Counted from the stretch's first letter, positions 11,028 through 25,525 are shown. The stretch: 33,000 bases of DNA from Epiperipatus broadwayi (GCA_028023455.1 JAQFVV010000003.1:13454001-13487000), one strand, 5' to 3'. Numbers and translations are program-made. The notes: generated from the sequence alone by a model not told the origin.

Positions 11028-13260
11028 AAGAGAAGGTTTTTGAAGGGAGCTGAGACATACAAATGATTAAAAGAAAAGAAAAATACATATTGCATTTATT
11101 GGTTAAATTTTTATTTAAGTGAACTGAAAAAGAAATCATACTATTGATGAAAAATATTATTTCTAAAGAGAAATTGGAAAGATCAAAGTGTAAATTTTAA
11201 AGGAAGAGAAGATAAAAAAGACCCACAATCTCAAGAATTAAAACCTTGTACTATAGGTATTTCTAATGAAGAACATTCAAAACAATGAAATAATTTTTTA
11301 AAAATTTCAACCATCTGCAGTAAAAATGAATTTATTTGATAAAATGATAGAATACTATTTCATCTATAAACCAAATAACATTGGAGATTTTGTAACTCTT
11401 AAGAAACAACTTTAGTATAAAAAAATTTTCAAATCTAATTTTTCACTAAGTAAAAGTAAATGACATCAAATAATTTTATCAATAATTATTATTTTCAGAA
11501 TTAAATAAATATGTCTACTGTTATGTATGCAGGTAGTATTCCAGATTACAAACAACAATTTTCAACTGAGCTCAATGACTGAAGAAATTTAGCCCCAAGC
11601 TTGAAAAAACATAACTGTTCCTTATATCATTCAAAATCAATATTAATTCTCCAAAAATGATTATTGATTAGTGAGTACACCGATAAACAATTGGGAGAGC
11701 AAATTGTTTCAGAGTTTTAAAATAAGTGATTATCAATATGAAGTTATTGACTAAATTGTGCTTAGTATTTTATGGCTACAGAGAAAGCACAGATTCTAAA
11801 GTGGAAATTTGATAAGTTGGAATGAATATCTTGAAGAATTTGAGGGTTTTTTGAAAAGTCATTTACAGAGATTCAGTAATTCAGATAGAGGCAAAGTAAA
11901 TTATTTAAAACATGTTGTATGTGTTGAATTCATAAAGTCAATGTGTAACAAAATTCAAAAATACTTAATTTCCAAAGTTCAACGAGCAATTCATTACTCC
12001 GTTATCATAGAGTCTACTTCTGATATAATTTGTACAGACAAATTAATTTTAACCTGAGATTTGTTCATAAAAATTGAAATATAAAAGGATAGTTTTCTAG
12101 ATTCCTCAAAATTGAAAATCAGGGAATTCTGAACACTTGGAATAAATTGTATAAAATATGAATTATCTATAAATATAAAAAAAAAATATAGGGGCCAAAG
12201 GTATAATAATGTATCAAATATGAGTATAAATTATAGTGGATTGCATTCTAGAATAAAACATCATACTGGTATATCAAGCTGTGTCATATTTGCTAGTCAT
12301 AGCGTAATTGTAATAGGAAACTGTGCTGTAAAATCCTGATCTGGTACATTGCATTATTTTCTCTTTATTCAAAATTTATATATATATATATTTCATCAAA
12401 TACTTGGCACTGGAAATGTACTTACAAACAGTAGGCAACACATTATAAATAACTGACACTAGATAGGTACCAAAAGCAGGCAAAGTTTCATCATTAAAAT
12501 CTAATTATCAAAATATTAAAAAAAGCTCTAATTGATATTAATATGTTCATCAATGAAAAATTGGAGGCAAAAAACTGTTAGTAAATTCTAATAAATATGA
12601 AACTGCCATATTAACAGTTTTACAAGATAAGTTGTTACAATGAACAAATAATACCAGCAAATAATTACAAGACATGCAGTACAAATTTTTTGTTAGATTT
12701 AAACAAATCTTTTGGAAACCACTTATTGAATTTATCATGAATGCTGGGAATAAATTTGATAAAAATTGAGAATATCATTTTTTTAAAAAGAAAACCAAAA
12801 CTACAAGACAGCCAAGTTAAAAAGAGAAAAAAAATTGTAATTTAAAATAACAAAATTTTATAATGAATGTGTATAATGTTATTTGTGATATGCTCATTTC
12901 TGAACTATCTATGAGAATCATGCATTTATATCAATATAATAAAGGATTTTCAAGTATTCTTTGACTTTAAAATGCTGAATTTAATGAATATATGGATAAA
13001 ATAAATGAAAAATATTATAAAGATATTGACATTAACTATTTTAAAGATGAAAATCTTCATTTCATTCATTGCAGCAACCTTGCTGGATGTAGAACTTATT
13101 AATTATCAGTTTGCAGTCTACATTTCCAAATATAGAAACAATTCTAAACATTTTTTGACAATACCTATTTGTAATGATAGTTGCATTTGATCATTTTTAA
13201 TTTTGAAGCATATTCAAAATTATTACAAAATTCATTAACTCATTTGTATTTAGTGAATTT
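11028..13260 (+). pseudogene. Decayed hAT-superfamily transposase (TTF zinc finger, DUF4371-type region, hATC dimerisation domain; ZMYM1/Tip100-like)
   Basis: MKRRFLKGAE-like start (about 11028); YVYCYVCR and ND*RNLAPSLKKHNCSLYH (11510-11630, TTF-type zinc finger); EEFEGFLKSHLQRFSNSDRGKVNYL...YSVIIESTSDI (ORF 11809); RGQRYNNVSNMSINYSGL...FASHS (12190-12300, cf. RGQxYDNASNMSG...CxAHSL); FPNIETIL...LTIPICNDSCI*SF (13123 onward, hATC). Multiple stops and frameshifts. Confidence 0.9.
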
Positions 13261-13420
13261 TTCATTGATATAGAAATTGATTCAGTTCAATTTGTATTTC
13301 TATATTGGTCTATTTCCATCATCTAATATGAGTATCGAATGTTTTAAAAAAAAGTAACTTTAATTAAATATTCCAAACACATTCAAGTGTTAGTAATAGC
13401 ATACCAAGCAGTTTAGTATA

Positions 13421-13572
13421 TGCATGATGTTTCAAGCGATATTATTCTCCCTCTTCTTCAGGTGTTGCTGGCCTGACCAGTGACAGTACTAGCATGGGAA
13501 TCGAACCTGGATACTTACATTTTTGAGTATTGAATTTTAAGGTGATGCTCTAATCAACTGAGCCATCCTGCC
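13421..13572 (-). mobile_element. tRNA-derived SINE with decayed hammerhead-like 3' core
   Basis: Minus strand: GGCAGGA TGGCTCAGTTGATTAG (A box, plus 13553-13565) ... GGTTCGATTCC (B box, plus 13497-13507) ... CAC CTGAAGA A GAGGG agaataatat CGCTT GAAAC ATC ATG (plus 13423-13464). Confidence 0.75.
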
Positions 13573-13956
13573 ATTATGAATATATTACCGAATTCATTAA
13601 ACATAAAGCAAGAAAAATATCAATTTACTTTTTTATATTTACAATTCTGATATATGCATAGATTGGTTCTAATGTTTCAAGAGTGCTCAATAATTTTTAA
13701 TAAGTTTACATAAATGTTCTGCAATAAATAAGATATGCAATGTATTTTTTTTTATATATTTTTGTTACTAATGAATAATTAATATTATATTTTGCATTTT
13801 ATTTTAAATGCATAAAAAAAAATAGTTATGATTCTCATATTTGCAACTGCAAATGACTAATAATAGTGATTTAGTTTTAATAAAATTATTGATTGATCAG
13901 CAGTTTTTTAATTAAGTAATAAATTGATTTGATAACTTTATTTAATTTTTAAAACA

Positions 13957-14013
13957 AGGGGCCTCAAAACTAGGGTTGCACTTTGGTCTCTCCAAATGCT
14001 TATTATGCAGCTG
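13957..14013 (+). mobile_element. Probable 3' terminus of the hAT element
   Basis: GC-richer block GGGGCCTCAAAA...GGTTGCAC...GCAGCTG about 700 bp after the transposase, resembling the ends of hAT elements; matching 5' TIR and 8-bp TSD not found. Confidence 0.35.
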
Positions 14014-16019
14014 TGTAGGTATTAAAAAGCCAAATAATCCTTTAATTTTCATGTTTAAATTTATCATTTTGATTTTGTTCTTTTTGTCTTTGTTACTATT
14101 TCTTTATCATTAAAACTTAAAATCCAATCAATTTTGTTAATAAAAAATTAATTATATTATGTTTATTAGTATATTTGTTTATTTTGAAATTACAGTAGCT
14201 CTAAATATATATCATTTTAAACATATAAACAATATGAAATAAAGAGCAGATTGAAATACTACTTTAACTTTATTATATATAATAACTTTAACAAATATAT
14301 TTTTAATAATATTTGAATGACAATAGCAAACATAGGAATAAATTATTCAGGATGTGGGGAAAGATACACAAGGTTACAAATATCTTTGACCTTGTATTAT
14401 ATTATTATTGTTATAACTTTATATATATATTACTTCATGAATACAATTTATTAATTGCTTCTGTGAAAGAGAAAAAGCACAAACTACTGTGAATATTATT
14501 GAATTAAAATCATTTCATGGTGGTAAAGACTGTCTTAACTTCTTAATGTTGTATGGATTTAATTCAAAAAGTTTTTGCCATGATACAAAAATGTGACAGT
14601 GGAATAAAATGTTATCAGAGAAAAGCATTTTGGAAACAGTAATTACATAGCATACTTGATTTCCTATTTTTATGGGGGAAAATTAATATAAAAATATTTC
14701 ATTTTGTCATTTTTTTAAATGAAAAAATTAAGAAAACATAAATATTGTAAACATGAAAATAGTATTATATATATAGGATGTAATAATTAATCAGATGAAA
14801 TGGTTCCTTTGCACATACAAGCCATAAACCATTGCCAAAACATTAATAGCATACTGACTGCCAAAAATGATATTCATTATTATTTTTATATGTATCACTA
14901 TTTTACAAATTCATTTTTAAAAAATAAAAGAATGGTTTTTATATACTTAAATCATTTTCTATTTCTATTTCAATGGTTAGGATCAAATACTTTTATTTGT
15001 TTGCTTTAAATATATACATAGTTAGTATAAAGACAATTATTATGCTTTTTATTTTTGGCACCATTAGTGTTTTAAGATCTCCATAAATATATATCACACA
15101 ATTAATCAGAAACATTACCAAGTATTACAGAATCTAAAATTTTCCATTTATTTATAATTTATAAGTAGGATTGTTGATTGTGTAATCAGAAAGCAATAAG
15201 TTTATGAATTGCTACTGTGAATAAAAGATTAATAAATATAAGAGCTTACTCTAAATAATTTTAAATAATTTATAGATATATTCTATTATAATTAAATAGC
15301 TTTAATGGGATAATTTTAAAAACACAGAAAACACTAAGCTTATTAAAATCAAGTCACACATACTACCAATTCATGTAACAGATAACTGGAGGAATAAAGA
15401 TATTAATACTAAAATATATTTGAAACAATTATTTAATAAATTAACTGATTAATAATTAAAAAATTAAAAATGACATGATGTGATAATTTAAATTTATACA
15501 TTATTATCAAAAGTATAGTTTCATATTAAAAAAACAATCACTTGATTTTCATTCATTAATTGAATTAACTTTTTCACTCATTGAGTTTTCTTTTCATTAA
15601 GTAAAATTGAAAAATGATTTTTTAATTAGAAATAAAGATTTAAATTAACTTAATCTTTTGTATAATTGGGAGTGGGGATAAATGAATAAATAAAAAAGAT
15701 AAATTTTATAAAAATTAAGTTATTTAAAAATGTTCTTTCTAAAATTTTGAAAGAAAAACATGACATGAATTTAAAAAATGTGTTCCATTAAAAGAACTAC
15801 TAATAAAATTATTAATTAATTGCTAATTAATTTTAAAACTCCTTTATAAATTTAAATTTAATTTCCATATTAAAAAACCTTATACCATGATTTTAATTTT
15901 CTTTGAGGGCTTTCTTTGCATTTGTAATTTATAGTTTTTTCAGATAGATGTTCTTCTTGAATGTTTCTTAATTCCATGTATACAGTTATTTCCCTTTTTT
16001 CTTCATTTTGCAATATATT

Positions 16020-16500
16020 TCAGGCTAACACATACAACAAGAATTTATCTATTTCTTTTTCAATAATTTTCTTCCAGTTCAGGCTAACATAAAAAGACAC
16101 TCATACTCTTGATTGGAGACAAGGTTTTGTTGCAGATTATTTCAGGGACATTTTTCTTCTTCTTCATGTTTCTAGTGAGAGGCATATTACATGGAGGTAA
16201 ATGATGTTTAACTTTTAGCTAAACTTAGTACATGGTTTTAGTTAACTTTCTACACCCATTTTCTTCTTTAGCAGCTAAGTCAGGAATGACTGTTTTCAGC
16301 AACTTGGTTAAAACTTCTACTACTGTCTTCTTTAGCAGTTGGCTTAGAACTAAATGTCCTCTCCAATAGCAGTGTCATGAATTTTCTGTCTTTTTTAACA
16401 GCTGGGTCAGGAACTGACTGCTTCTTACAAAACAATGAGATCAACTAATTGATCCACACTTCTAATTTTGGAACAAATCTATTTTCAACCAATTACAATC
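16020..16500 (-). pseudogene. Unidentified decayed coding-like sequence with ~63-nt internal repeats
   Basis: Three related units at 16263, 16327 and 16390 (CTTCTTTAGCAGCT.../CTTCTTTAGCAGTT.../CTTTTTTAACAGCT...) translate on minus as PDPAVKKD, KPTAKED, PDLAAKEE; frame broken by stops. Confidence 0.3.
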
Positions 16501-19284
16501 CTGTCTCCTACATGAAAAAAATTAATAATAACCAATTAGATCAATTTTAACAAAAACAATTGTTCAATTATTTCCCTCCTTCAACTTGAGATTGGAAAAC
16601 AAGTCAAAAACTTAAATTAGAATCATAGTTTTTTGACATTTCTTTTTAATTAAAAATTTTTTTCTTGCCAAAAGAAAACAAAATAATCAGTTTAATTACA
16701 TCAATTTTCCTTTTGGAGAAAGATAAAGAATAAAGAAAAACAACTCTGATTAATGAAAGTAAAATTTTAACAAATGTTAAAATCATATTTTCTTTCTTTT
16801 CTTTTCAAAATATTACTAAACATAAAAATTTATGTGCTTTATCTCTTTTAAATGTTAAAATTAAAAATTATTAAATAATTTACTGAAAACTTTTTACTTT
16901 TGGTGCAAAACTAAAATTAATACTGGTAAATAGACAAAATTATTGAAGAGAGAGAATAAAAGAAAACTATTTATGTGTTGTTTAAATAATTCTCTTTCTC
17001 TTTTACAAACATTTATAAATTATAACACATTTCAAATATTAGAATTATGTTTCAAATATATAAAAATTCTCATATCATATGTTACATAAATTATTTAAAT
17101 CGATTGCCATGTTCATCATTTGAAATTATAATTTTTTGTTTTCATTTTAAAATTGTGAAAAAACTGAATGGACTACACATGTGTCAATTCTATCATTGGT
17201 TTTAGTTCCTTTTTAAATAATGTACATCTTGTTGGATAAAAATTAGATTTTTTATTAATTTTTTTATTAATAAGTTCATTTTTTTTTTGCTCAATTAATT
17301 AATTGTATAGAGAAAACAAGGTGTACATTTTTGATGAGAAAAAAATAATTTGTAAATGGATTCGACATGCATTAAAGATTTTGAAATTTCAAAGCCTTTA
17401 TTATGAAAACAAGAGTAATTAACATAAGTATTCTATTTGAGATTTTTTTATTATTTGATTATTATTATTTTAAAAAGATATTATTTGATATATAATAAGT
17501 ATGTTTGTATTAATGTGTCTGTGTTTGTATAATGAAAGTGATTTTGACTGCATGTATACAATTAACTGATTATGTACAATGTAATTTTGGGGCTCTGATA
17601 CAAGTTTGAAGCAATCTTATTTTATTGACATAATGATTCTCAAAAGTGTGACTATATTTGTATTAATGTGCTTGCGTTTGTACTAGGATGTCAGTGTTAT
17701 TATAACAAGTAATGATTTTGAGTACATCTATAAAATTAAACTATTATAGCACTTTGCTATGCAAATTTTAAGGCTGATTATCAGATGCACAGAAAGGTTG
17801 CAGTTGATGAAGCAATTACAAAATTTACTGTGTATAGTACAATGGGACAATATAAACTCTTAAACCAATAAAGAGAAGTTTCAAGTAATAGGAGAGTGGT
17901 GATAGCAGTTATATGCAAATAAATTATATCACTGTGGGACAATATAACAAGATAACATCAATGGGTGTGCACAAAAAATATAAAATGAAGAGAGGAGACT
18001 CATTTTATCATTGATAAAGACAGTGGCCTTCAATTTCTAATTTGAATTGACAATTGAGATTAAAAATGCATATTCACCTTCTGTAAACGATTTATTTTAT
18101 ATATTTTATTAGGAAGAATCTTTTCTCTTATAGATGTCTTGAGATTTTTTAACTTCTGGGCTACAAGAAAAATGATGAATTTTTATGGTTCTCTTTTTGT
18201 AAGTTAAACTATATATTAACTCAGGTAAAAAGTATTATATATGATTTGAATCAAAATTTTATGAGGAATACAAAGAAATTATCAATGAACATGTAATTTT
18301 AAAACTTAGTTATGATAAATTAGAAATTATGAACAAAAAATAAAGTAATATTTTTTTATAATATTGAAATTCTTTTTTTTTTAGTTTTTTAATGGTAATC
18401 ACTATTTTTCTTAGCTATATATTTTTCCTTAGTTTTTCTAATATCTATCAATGTATAGCTTTTTACTCTAACATTATTAAAATTGAAGTTATTGTAAAAA
18501 TTGTGTCTCAAATCAATTCTTTAAAAATTCAATATGGTGATACCCCATTCCAAAAAGTGTGGGAAAATTAAATATTATTTCTCCATGAATTAATCATTCT
18601 AGATTAAAGGATCTTTAATACAGTGTTGTAGCCAGATGGCTACTATATATATATATAAAATAGAAAAATAAAAATTTCAAGAATGAGGAGGCATTTAATA
18701 CACTGTGGAGAGGAAAATTTATCTCTGTAGGTACAATAGTGGTTCAAACAAAGCATTATAAGACTTTGTCAACCATTGGTTTTGATGAAAACTAATGGCC
18801 AGAAACTAGTCTAGGGATTTGAATAAATAATTATCCATTGATTACTCAAGCTTATAATAAATAGCTATGAATAGAGTATAAATAGTTTTAATATGCTTAT
18901 ATTTAGAAAAGTAAAATAATTTAATTCTTTTTATAAATAAAAGAGAATTTTATTCAATAGTAAAGAAAGCTTTTTCTGGATAACAACACCATTCTACCTC
19001 ATTCTTAATTTAAATGAAAGTAAAAACAATCTATGTCAGGATTTTGAATTATGATAATTCTGAAAAATTATTGGTGTGGCTAAGGTTTTCAAGATGAAGT
19101 AATCTAAGAATTATTATTAGCTATTTAGGCAGACTTGTTATATGATGATATTTGTGTAACTCAATTCCAATATATATATAGACACAGGCTAACTTGATTG
19201 GTCATTCTACTGTCATGAAAAAGGAGACAGAATAATATTATCACTAATAATCTTACAAAAAGTAAGTCCTCACATCTACTCAGA

Positions 19285-19860
19285 TTACTCTGCTCTATCT
19301 CTTGCTATATTTTTTAAAATAATCCCTTCCTTAAAGTTCTTTTTCAATTTCCTCCTATTACTATCTCACGGTATCTTATCTTCCTCAGTCTATTTCAACA
19401 TATTATTCATAGTTTTTTAATTTCCTCAATAATTTTTTTTTGTGTACATATATTCTTTCAACTTAGCTACCTCATTTTTAACCAAATTCATATCTCAAGA
19501 GTCTTAACTCTTCTTATTCTTCTTTTCTTAATTGTCCATAAAAAAAAAAAAAATTCAAACAAAATTTTTAGCAAGCTTCTATTTTAGTTGTGATTTTTAT
19601 TTATTACTACTTCTATTATCAATTAATCAACTTACCAATTGTTTAAAAGCATTCATGAGTTTAAGATTTTCTCCAATATCATTCCTAAGCTTGTATCTTC
19701 TCCATTTATTTATATTTATTTTGTATTGATTCATTATCTCAAACATTCAGTAAGTTCCATATATCCTATTTAGCATTTATCTAAAATTCATCATTATTAT
19801 TCATTCTTAAAATTATGCTAAATTCATCCTCACTAACTTTCTCAGATTCCTCATTAATAA
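19285..19860 (-). mobile_element. Decayed RTE-clade LINE 3' part (RT thumb and C-terminal domain)
   Basis: Minus strand gives KNFV*IFFFYG (cf. KCYVWSVLLYG), TLEI*IWLKMR*LS*K (plus 19455-19502, cf. EMWxWRRMxxISW) and KNIARDRAE* (plus 19285-19314, cf. LAxDRxxW), with TGG decayed to TGA. Confidence 0.7.
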
Positions 19861-20212
19861 GAAATAACCAATAGTCAAGTGATTTTATTGTAGACTAACA
19901 GAGATTAGAATTTCAATAAAAACTTGAAAAATACATTTTTAGAAATGAAAATCAAAATTTTTACGGTAGTTTCTATAACTGAATGTCAAAATTGAATAAT
20001 TAAACATATAATATAAATTTAAAAAAAAAAGAACCTTTTTAAGCCAAAATAATGATGAAGAGTCTTGAAAATATTTTAGATCAGTGGATCGTATTTAATC
20101 AGATTAGATGTGAAACACAAGGATAAGATGAAATTTACCTTATTTTGGCTATATTATAAATAAATAATCAAATGGTTTATTGCTTGGGAGTTTGTAAAAA
20201 AAATTTAGTATT

Positions 20213-20289
20213 GGAAGGGTCAGACCTTGATCTACAATCCATAGATGTAGAGCTCCAGAGTTCTCTACTCTATCACTGCATTAAATTAC
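20213..20289 (-). repeat. tRNA-derived SINE head (same family as 5247-5304)
   Basis: Minus strand GTAATTTAATGCAGTGATAGAG...GGTCTGACCCTTCC has A-box-like and decayed B-box-like motifs; 44 of 58 identity with 5247-5304. Confidence 0.6.
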
Positions 20290-21173
20290 ATGGGGATAAA
20301 AAATAATCAAATTGTTATGGAATTTAAGCCCTAGAAATGACATGAACTGATCTAATTCAGAAAGTTCATGGTTCAAAGAGTGGCCAAAAGTGAGATTGAT
20401 GAATTTCATCATAAAACATCACGGAAAAATCCAAAAAATGTAAACATATCACAGGTCGTTCTGAAAAATGTTTTAAAATTAACTAACAATAATACATTCA
20501 TTTTATTCATAGTTAGCATTCTTCTAAGTTCATCCTCAGTACAGTTTATGCAAACACTGCTATGTCACACATAGCAACCAAAATATGCATACGTATACGT
20601 AGCAATAAAGATTTTAAAACTTATTTATACATTATATCTTTAAATAAAATGTTTGCTTACATCTTAAAATTTTTAACAATATATTAATCGTCTAATAAAT
20701 TCTATCTATAATTAATTCATCATGCCATTAATTTAATGAATGAATCTTAATCTTTTAAGCTTACAAAAATAAAGAAGGAAAGAAATAACTAACAAAACGA
20801 TGCTTTTTATGAATAAAATTATAGGGCATTGCCTTTGTGGAGATTATTGTCCAAAGTTTTGATCTTAATTTCTATTATATTAGAAGTAAAATCTAAATCC
20901 TATTTTATCCAACATCATTAAATGACAGAGAGAAAAGAAAGTAGTCGCATTTTAAATTGGGAAAGAAAAATAAAAACAATGCATTGTAAGTTAATATTTA
21001 ATTTGTACAAAAGAAAGTTTGCTACGAAAAAATTAAAAAACAGCATTACAAGATATCAAATAAACAGTCTAATGAACCAGTACTCTCTCTATATATATCA
21101 GCACTCTCTATATACCTAACGTATTTATGTTTCACAGATTGTTTGTATAATTATTGTAACATTCATCTCTAAT

Positions 21174-21500
<327 letters not shown>

Positions 21501-24500
21501 CTAACTCTAATTTATTTTCCAAATCATATATCATGAATCATCATAACAAAATTGCACACAAACAATATTTTTTACTTTAAAATTTGTTCATCTAATAGTT
21601 TGAATAATAAACTTGCAAAGAAAGATATTTTTTATTCATGATTTTGATCAACTTTCTAGAACTATCATAAAAAAGTATGATTTCTATCTTCAGTTGCTTA
21701 GCCTTTTATTTATTATTCCCTCTATTATATTATTATTTTTTTGTACTATTCTATATTTATACATGTTCATTATGCAATCCATAATTGGATTAATAGTATG
21801 GACATGTACTTTGAATAAATAAATTGAAATAATTTATTTTTGCTGTTTTTGTTATTATTTTTCTTTTGAGTTGAATGACTATATTAGTTTGTTAGTGGTT
21901 GTTGTTATTAATAATATTGATGGTGGTAAGAAAATAATTAAATAATAGAAAATTTAAATGTACTGCAATATCCATTTTATAAGGGACCTGTGGATAATGC
22001 ATTTGCCTGACTTTATAACTTGAGAATAAACCTGAGCCAGGTAAAATTGGAACAAGTTCCAATCAGGCTTAAATTCATGATTCATATAATTAAAATTCAA
22101 CCATCCAATATTGACAGTAAATGAATATCTAGTTATTTTTAATTACAAAATAAATAAGGATAGAAAAACTTTAAATATCCATCTCTGAAAATGGACAAGC
22201 CTGATGAATCATCTTCTTTACAAGTTGTTATTGGAGAGGTGTTTTACTTGCAATGGCTACTTAAAAATGATTTACTTTTTTCTATATTCACATTCATAAA
22301 GATTATTTAGAGTTAGTATATTTGCCTCCTGTGCCAATAATCTTAGACTCAAACCTGGATGAAGCTTGGGATTTTTTCCAGTCATCTAAGAATAACTAAA
22401 TTATTATTTTAGATAGCCACTCATAATAATCCAAGAAGACATCCAAAATTGATCAGTAAATTGGCATTCCATTGTCTTAGCTAGAAATAAATTGGTTTGT
22501 TAGGTAATTATTTATCATAAAATAACATAATTTTATTATGCTGATATCTTCTTAGTGTATAAACAAGTATTAATCATTTACAGATACTGAATTCATTATT
22601 TACTTTACATTTCATATGCACTTTAATGGTGTAAAGCAATCACTGCCAATCTGTGGACTGTTCAGGAGTTATTGATTTGATATTAAGGGTTTTCATTTAA
22701 CTCTGATCTTTTTTGCATTTTTAAAAATCATATATACAATCCTTTGTTTTTAAAAAAAAACCCAATTATTTATATTTGTTTAAATTGTCATTTTTATTTG
22801 ATTTCAAGTTATTTATGTCATAGTCTTTCCACCCACTCTGATGTGTTTCATGGAAGTTGTGTCACATTCTATTCACCACATACTGTGAAATACTGACATT
22901 AATTACAATATTAAATATAAGCTAATGGTCTGAAACTTCTAAATAGTTGAAAAAGACATTTTTAAATTAAAAAAAAGTTTGAGAGTCAATGATGCAAATG
23001 GTTCATTTATAATTCAATTCTTAATATTGAGATATGAGAATATATATATATATTAATCTTCAAACAATTTGTTTTTATATATATATTCAATTCTGTTTAT
23101 ATATGTCACTTTTTTTCTCAATATGTATATTTTTATTTTGCAATTAAATAATAGTATTATTTATTCTATGCAATGCTAACAACATCACCACATGATTCTT
23201 CAGTATGTTTACTGATGAATGTGAGATGGGAATTTTATACTACACTGTCTGGTAGCCACTAATTACTCAAACTTACAACAGATGACTCTCTAGTAGCATA
23301 AAGATAACTTCTCTTGGAAGTGTATATGTAAACATAGGAGAAGATAATGCAATGTCATACTTGATATTGACCATTCGAGTCAAAGAGATAAAAAAGACCT
23401 AACATTGTACAAAGTGGAAGTCTCTAAAATATAAAAATTTATTTGGTATCAAATCTAGACCATTATGTAACTGAGCTAATTTCTGGATTGAAATATCAGG
23501 ATTTTTAAAAAATTTTATGTTATCAACTTAAATAATACAAATAATTATAAGATGTTCAATAAATGCATAAGTGGATTAGATCTAGCTTGGAATTCTAATC
23601 TTCATTGATAGAAATTGGAATTTTATAGCACTATGCCATCTGGTATCCACTGGTTACTCAAGTTTATAATCAATACCCCTAATAAGATGAATTTAATTGC
23701 TGTATTCTCTGTGATATGAATTCTTATACAAACTTATTCAAAAACTTAACCTTTATTCTATTTTGTAAACAATATGGTTTATGTAGTTGTAACTTTTTGT
23801 ATCAACAAAGTTCACTTTAGCACTAAAATAAATACTGTTAAAAGAATGGCAAGCATTGACAGTTATTCATGATAATGGTAGACTATAGATAATGTATTAT
23901 TGATTAGTTATAATAATTTTCTGGTTATCTCAAACTGCAACTGAGCAGAAAATTCGACATACATATATATTGGTTCTGTAAAATATGCTAATGGAAAAGG
24001 CAGACAGTTATTCATTTGTATGAATTTATCTTATTACTTTATTTAAAAAATTTGAAAAGTCAATGTCTGAAGTGAGAAAAGCATTATAGTTGACTTCAAT
24101 TCCTGATGCTGTTATCTAAAGCTTATTAAAATATTAAGATGGCAAACTACCATTTATGATATTCAAGTGTTATCATTTGGTTGCAATTCATTGCCTAGTT
24201 ATTTATTCTATTTGCCTTTGAGAAAAACTCAACATACAGAAAGGTTGTTGGGGGTGGGGTGGCAGTGACAACACAACTGCTTTTGATTCAAATGTAATTT
24301 TTAGTCATTTAGAAACATTAATACTTATTCTAATAAGCACCATCTTGTGTAAACATAAGTAATTAATTATACTAGATGATAATGCTATATTCAAACCCAC
24401 AGACTAGTCTCCAAATATTGATTTTCTTTAGCTAGAAACATTAGGTTTTCACATCTACAGTGGCATAGAGTTTATAAGGAATAATAGTTATTAACAGCCC

Positions 24501-25459
24501 ACTAATGAGTAAAAGCTTTTTCAGCATTTCCTTGTAAAAAAAAAAAATAGTGAAATAATTATCTCCTAGATTATTGAAAAACTTGATAAGTAATTTTTTA
24601 GGCTGGGTTTTATATGTTTTTTAATTGTCTTATTTTCAAAGTAAAAATAATGTAGTAGTTATTTGCTAATCAATAATTGTATGGATAGCCCCAATCAACT
24701 ATAGAATAACTATTTTAGAATAAATGTTAAGATTTTTTTTTTTAATAAATCCTAATTTTCCTGAATAGAGGAGTAAAATGGTTTATTTAAAAGACTGAAA
24801 TCAGTAGATTTTTCTTTTATAAATCTAAAAAAAAAAGGTTGTAGTTCAAGCTGCTGTAGCAATAATTTGGTAAATACATTAGATGCATAAATATGTACAT
24901 CAATGGTAAAAACCAATAAGTAATAGTCCCTGATTTCCACAATTAATTAAACATTAATGACTTCTTTGGGCAATCAAAGTTTCAATCAATTTTTAAAATA
25001 GTTGAAAAACACACATAGATTCACACTTTAGGATGTTTGAAAACTTCCCATTTATTTAGTAAGATAAAAATTAAAGATGAACATTAAATGGGTCTATAAA
25101 AATTAACATCCCTTGTAAAAAAAAAAATTACCAAGCTAAAACCCAATCGCTGTTCTAGTTTCATTATCATCTCGTATCCATTAAGTTTATTATGCTAAGT
25201 ATGTAATTTCTGGAATTGAAAAGATATACTACTATTGGCCACCTACACTTCCAACTTCATCTAAACAGAAATCATTCCACATCATAATACATAAGTGTAG
25301 AATATTAATATACACACCATTATGACTTTTATGGTTTTCAGTAGTTGACTTTATATAAAATGTTGTTTCATCACTCGAGAGGTAATGAGGTCTTTGGTAT
25401 CAGATGTTGAGTTCTGTTTTTGAGTTTTTCTCTCTGCCAATGTAATAACTGCTGTGACT

Positions 25460-25525
25460 GACTTGATGTAATGGTAAAGTGATTAACTCTGAACTGTAAC
25501 TTTCAGGAGCAATTCTCAGCTGATT
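25460..25525 (+). repeat. Possible decayed tRNA-like SINE head
   Basis: TGATGTAATGGTAAAG (A-box-like) then CAGGAGCAATTCTCAGC at roughly tRNA spacing. Confidence 0.3.

Noticed and set aside
18626-18645. GTAGCCA-GA-TGGCTAC hairpin (Helitron end or CTCF-like GCCATCTGG, also near 23635)
   Set aside because: No CTRR terminus at the expected distance and only a partial motif match.
22000-23700. Possible further minus-strand LINE relic (FILLGVLI near 23660-23690)
   Set aside because: One degenerate motif only; no ordered set of RT motifs could be read.
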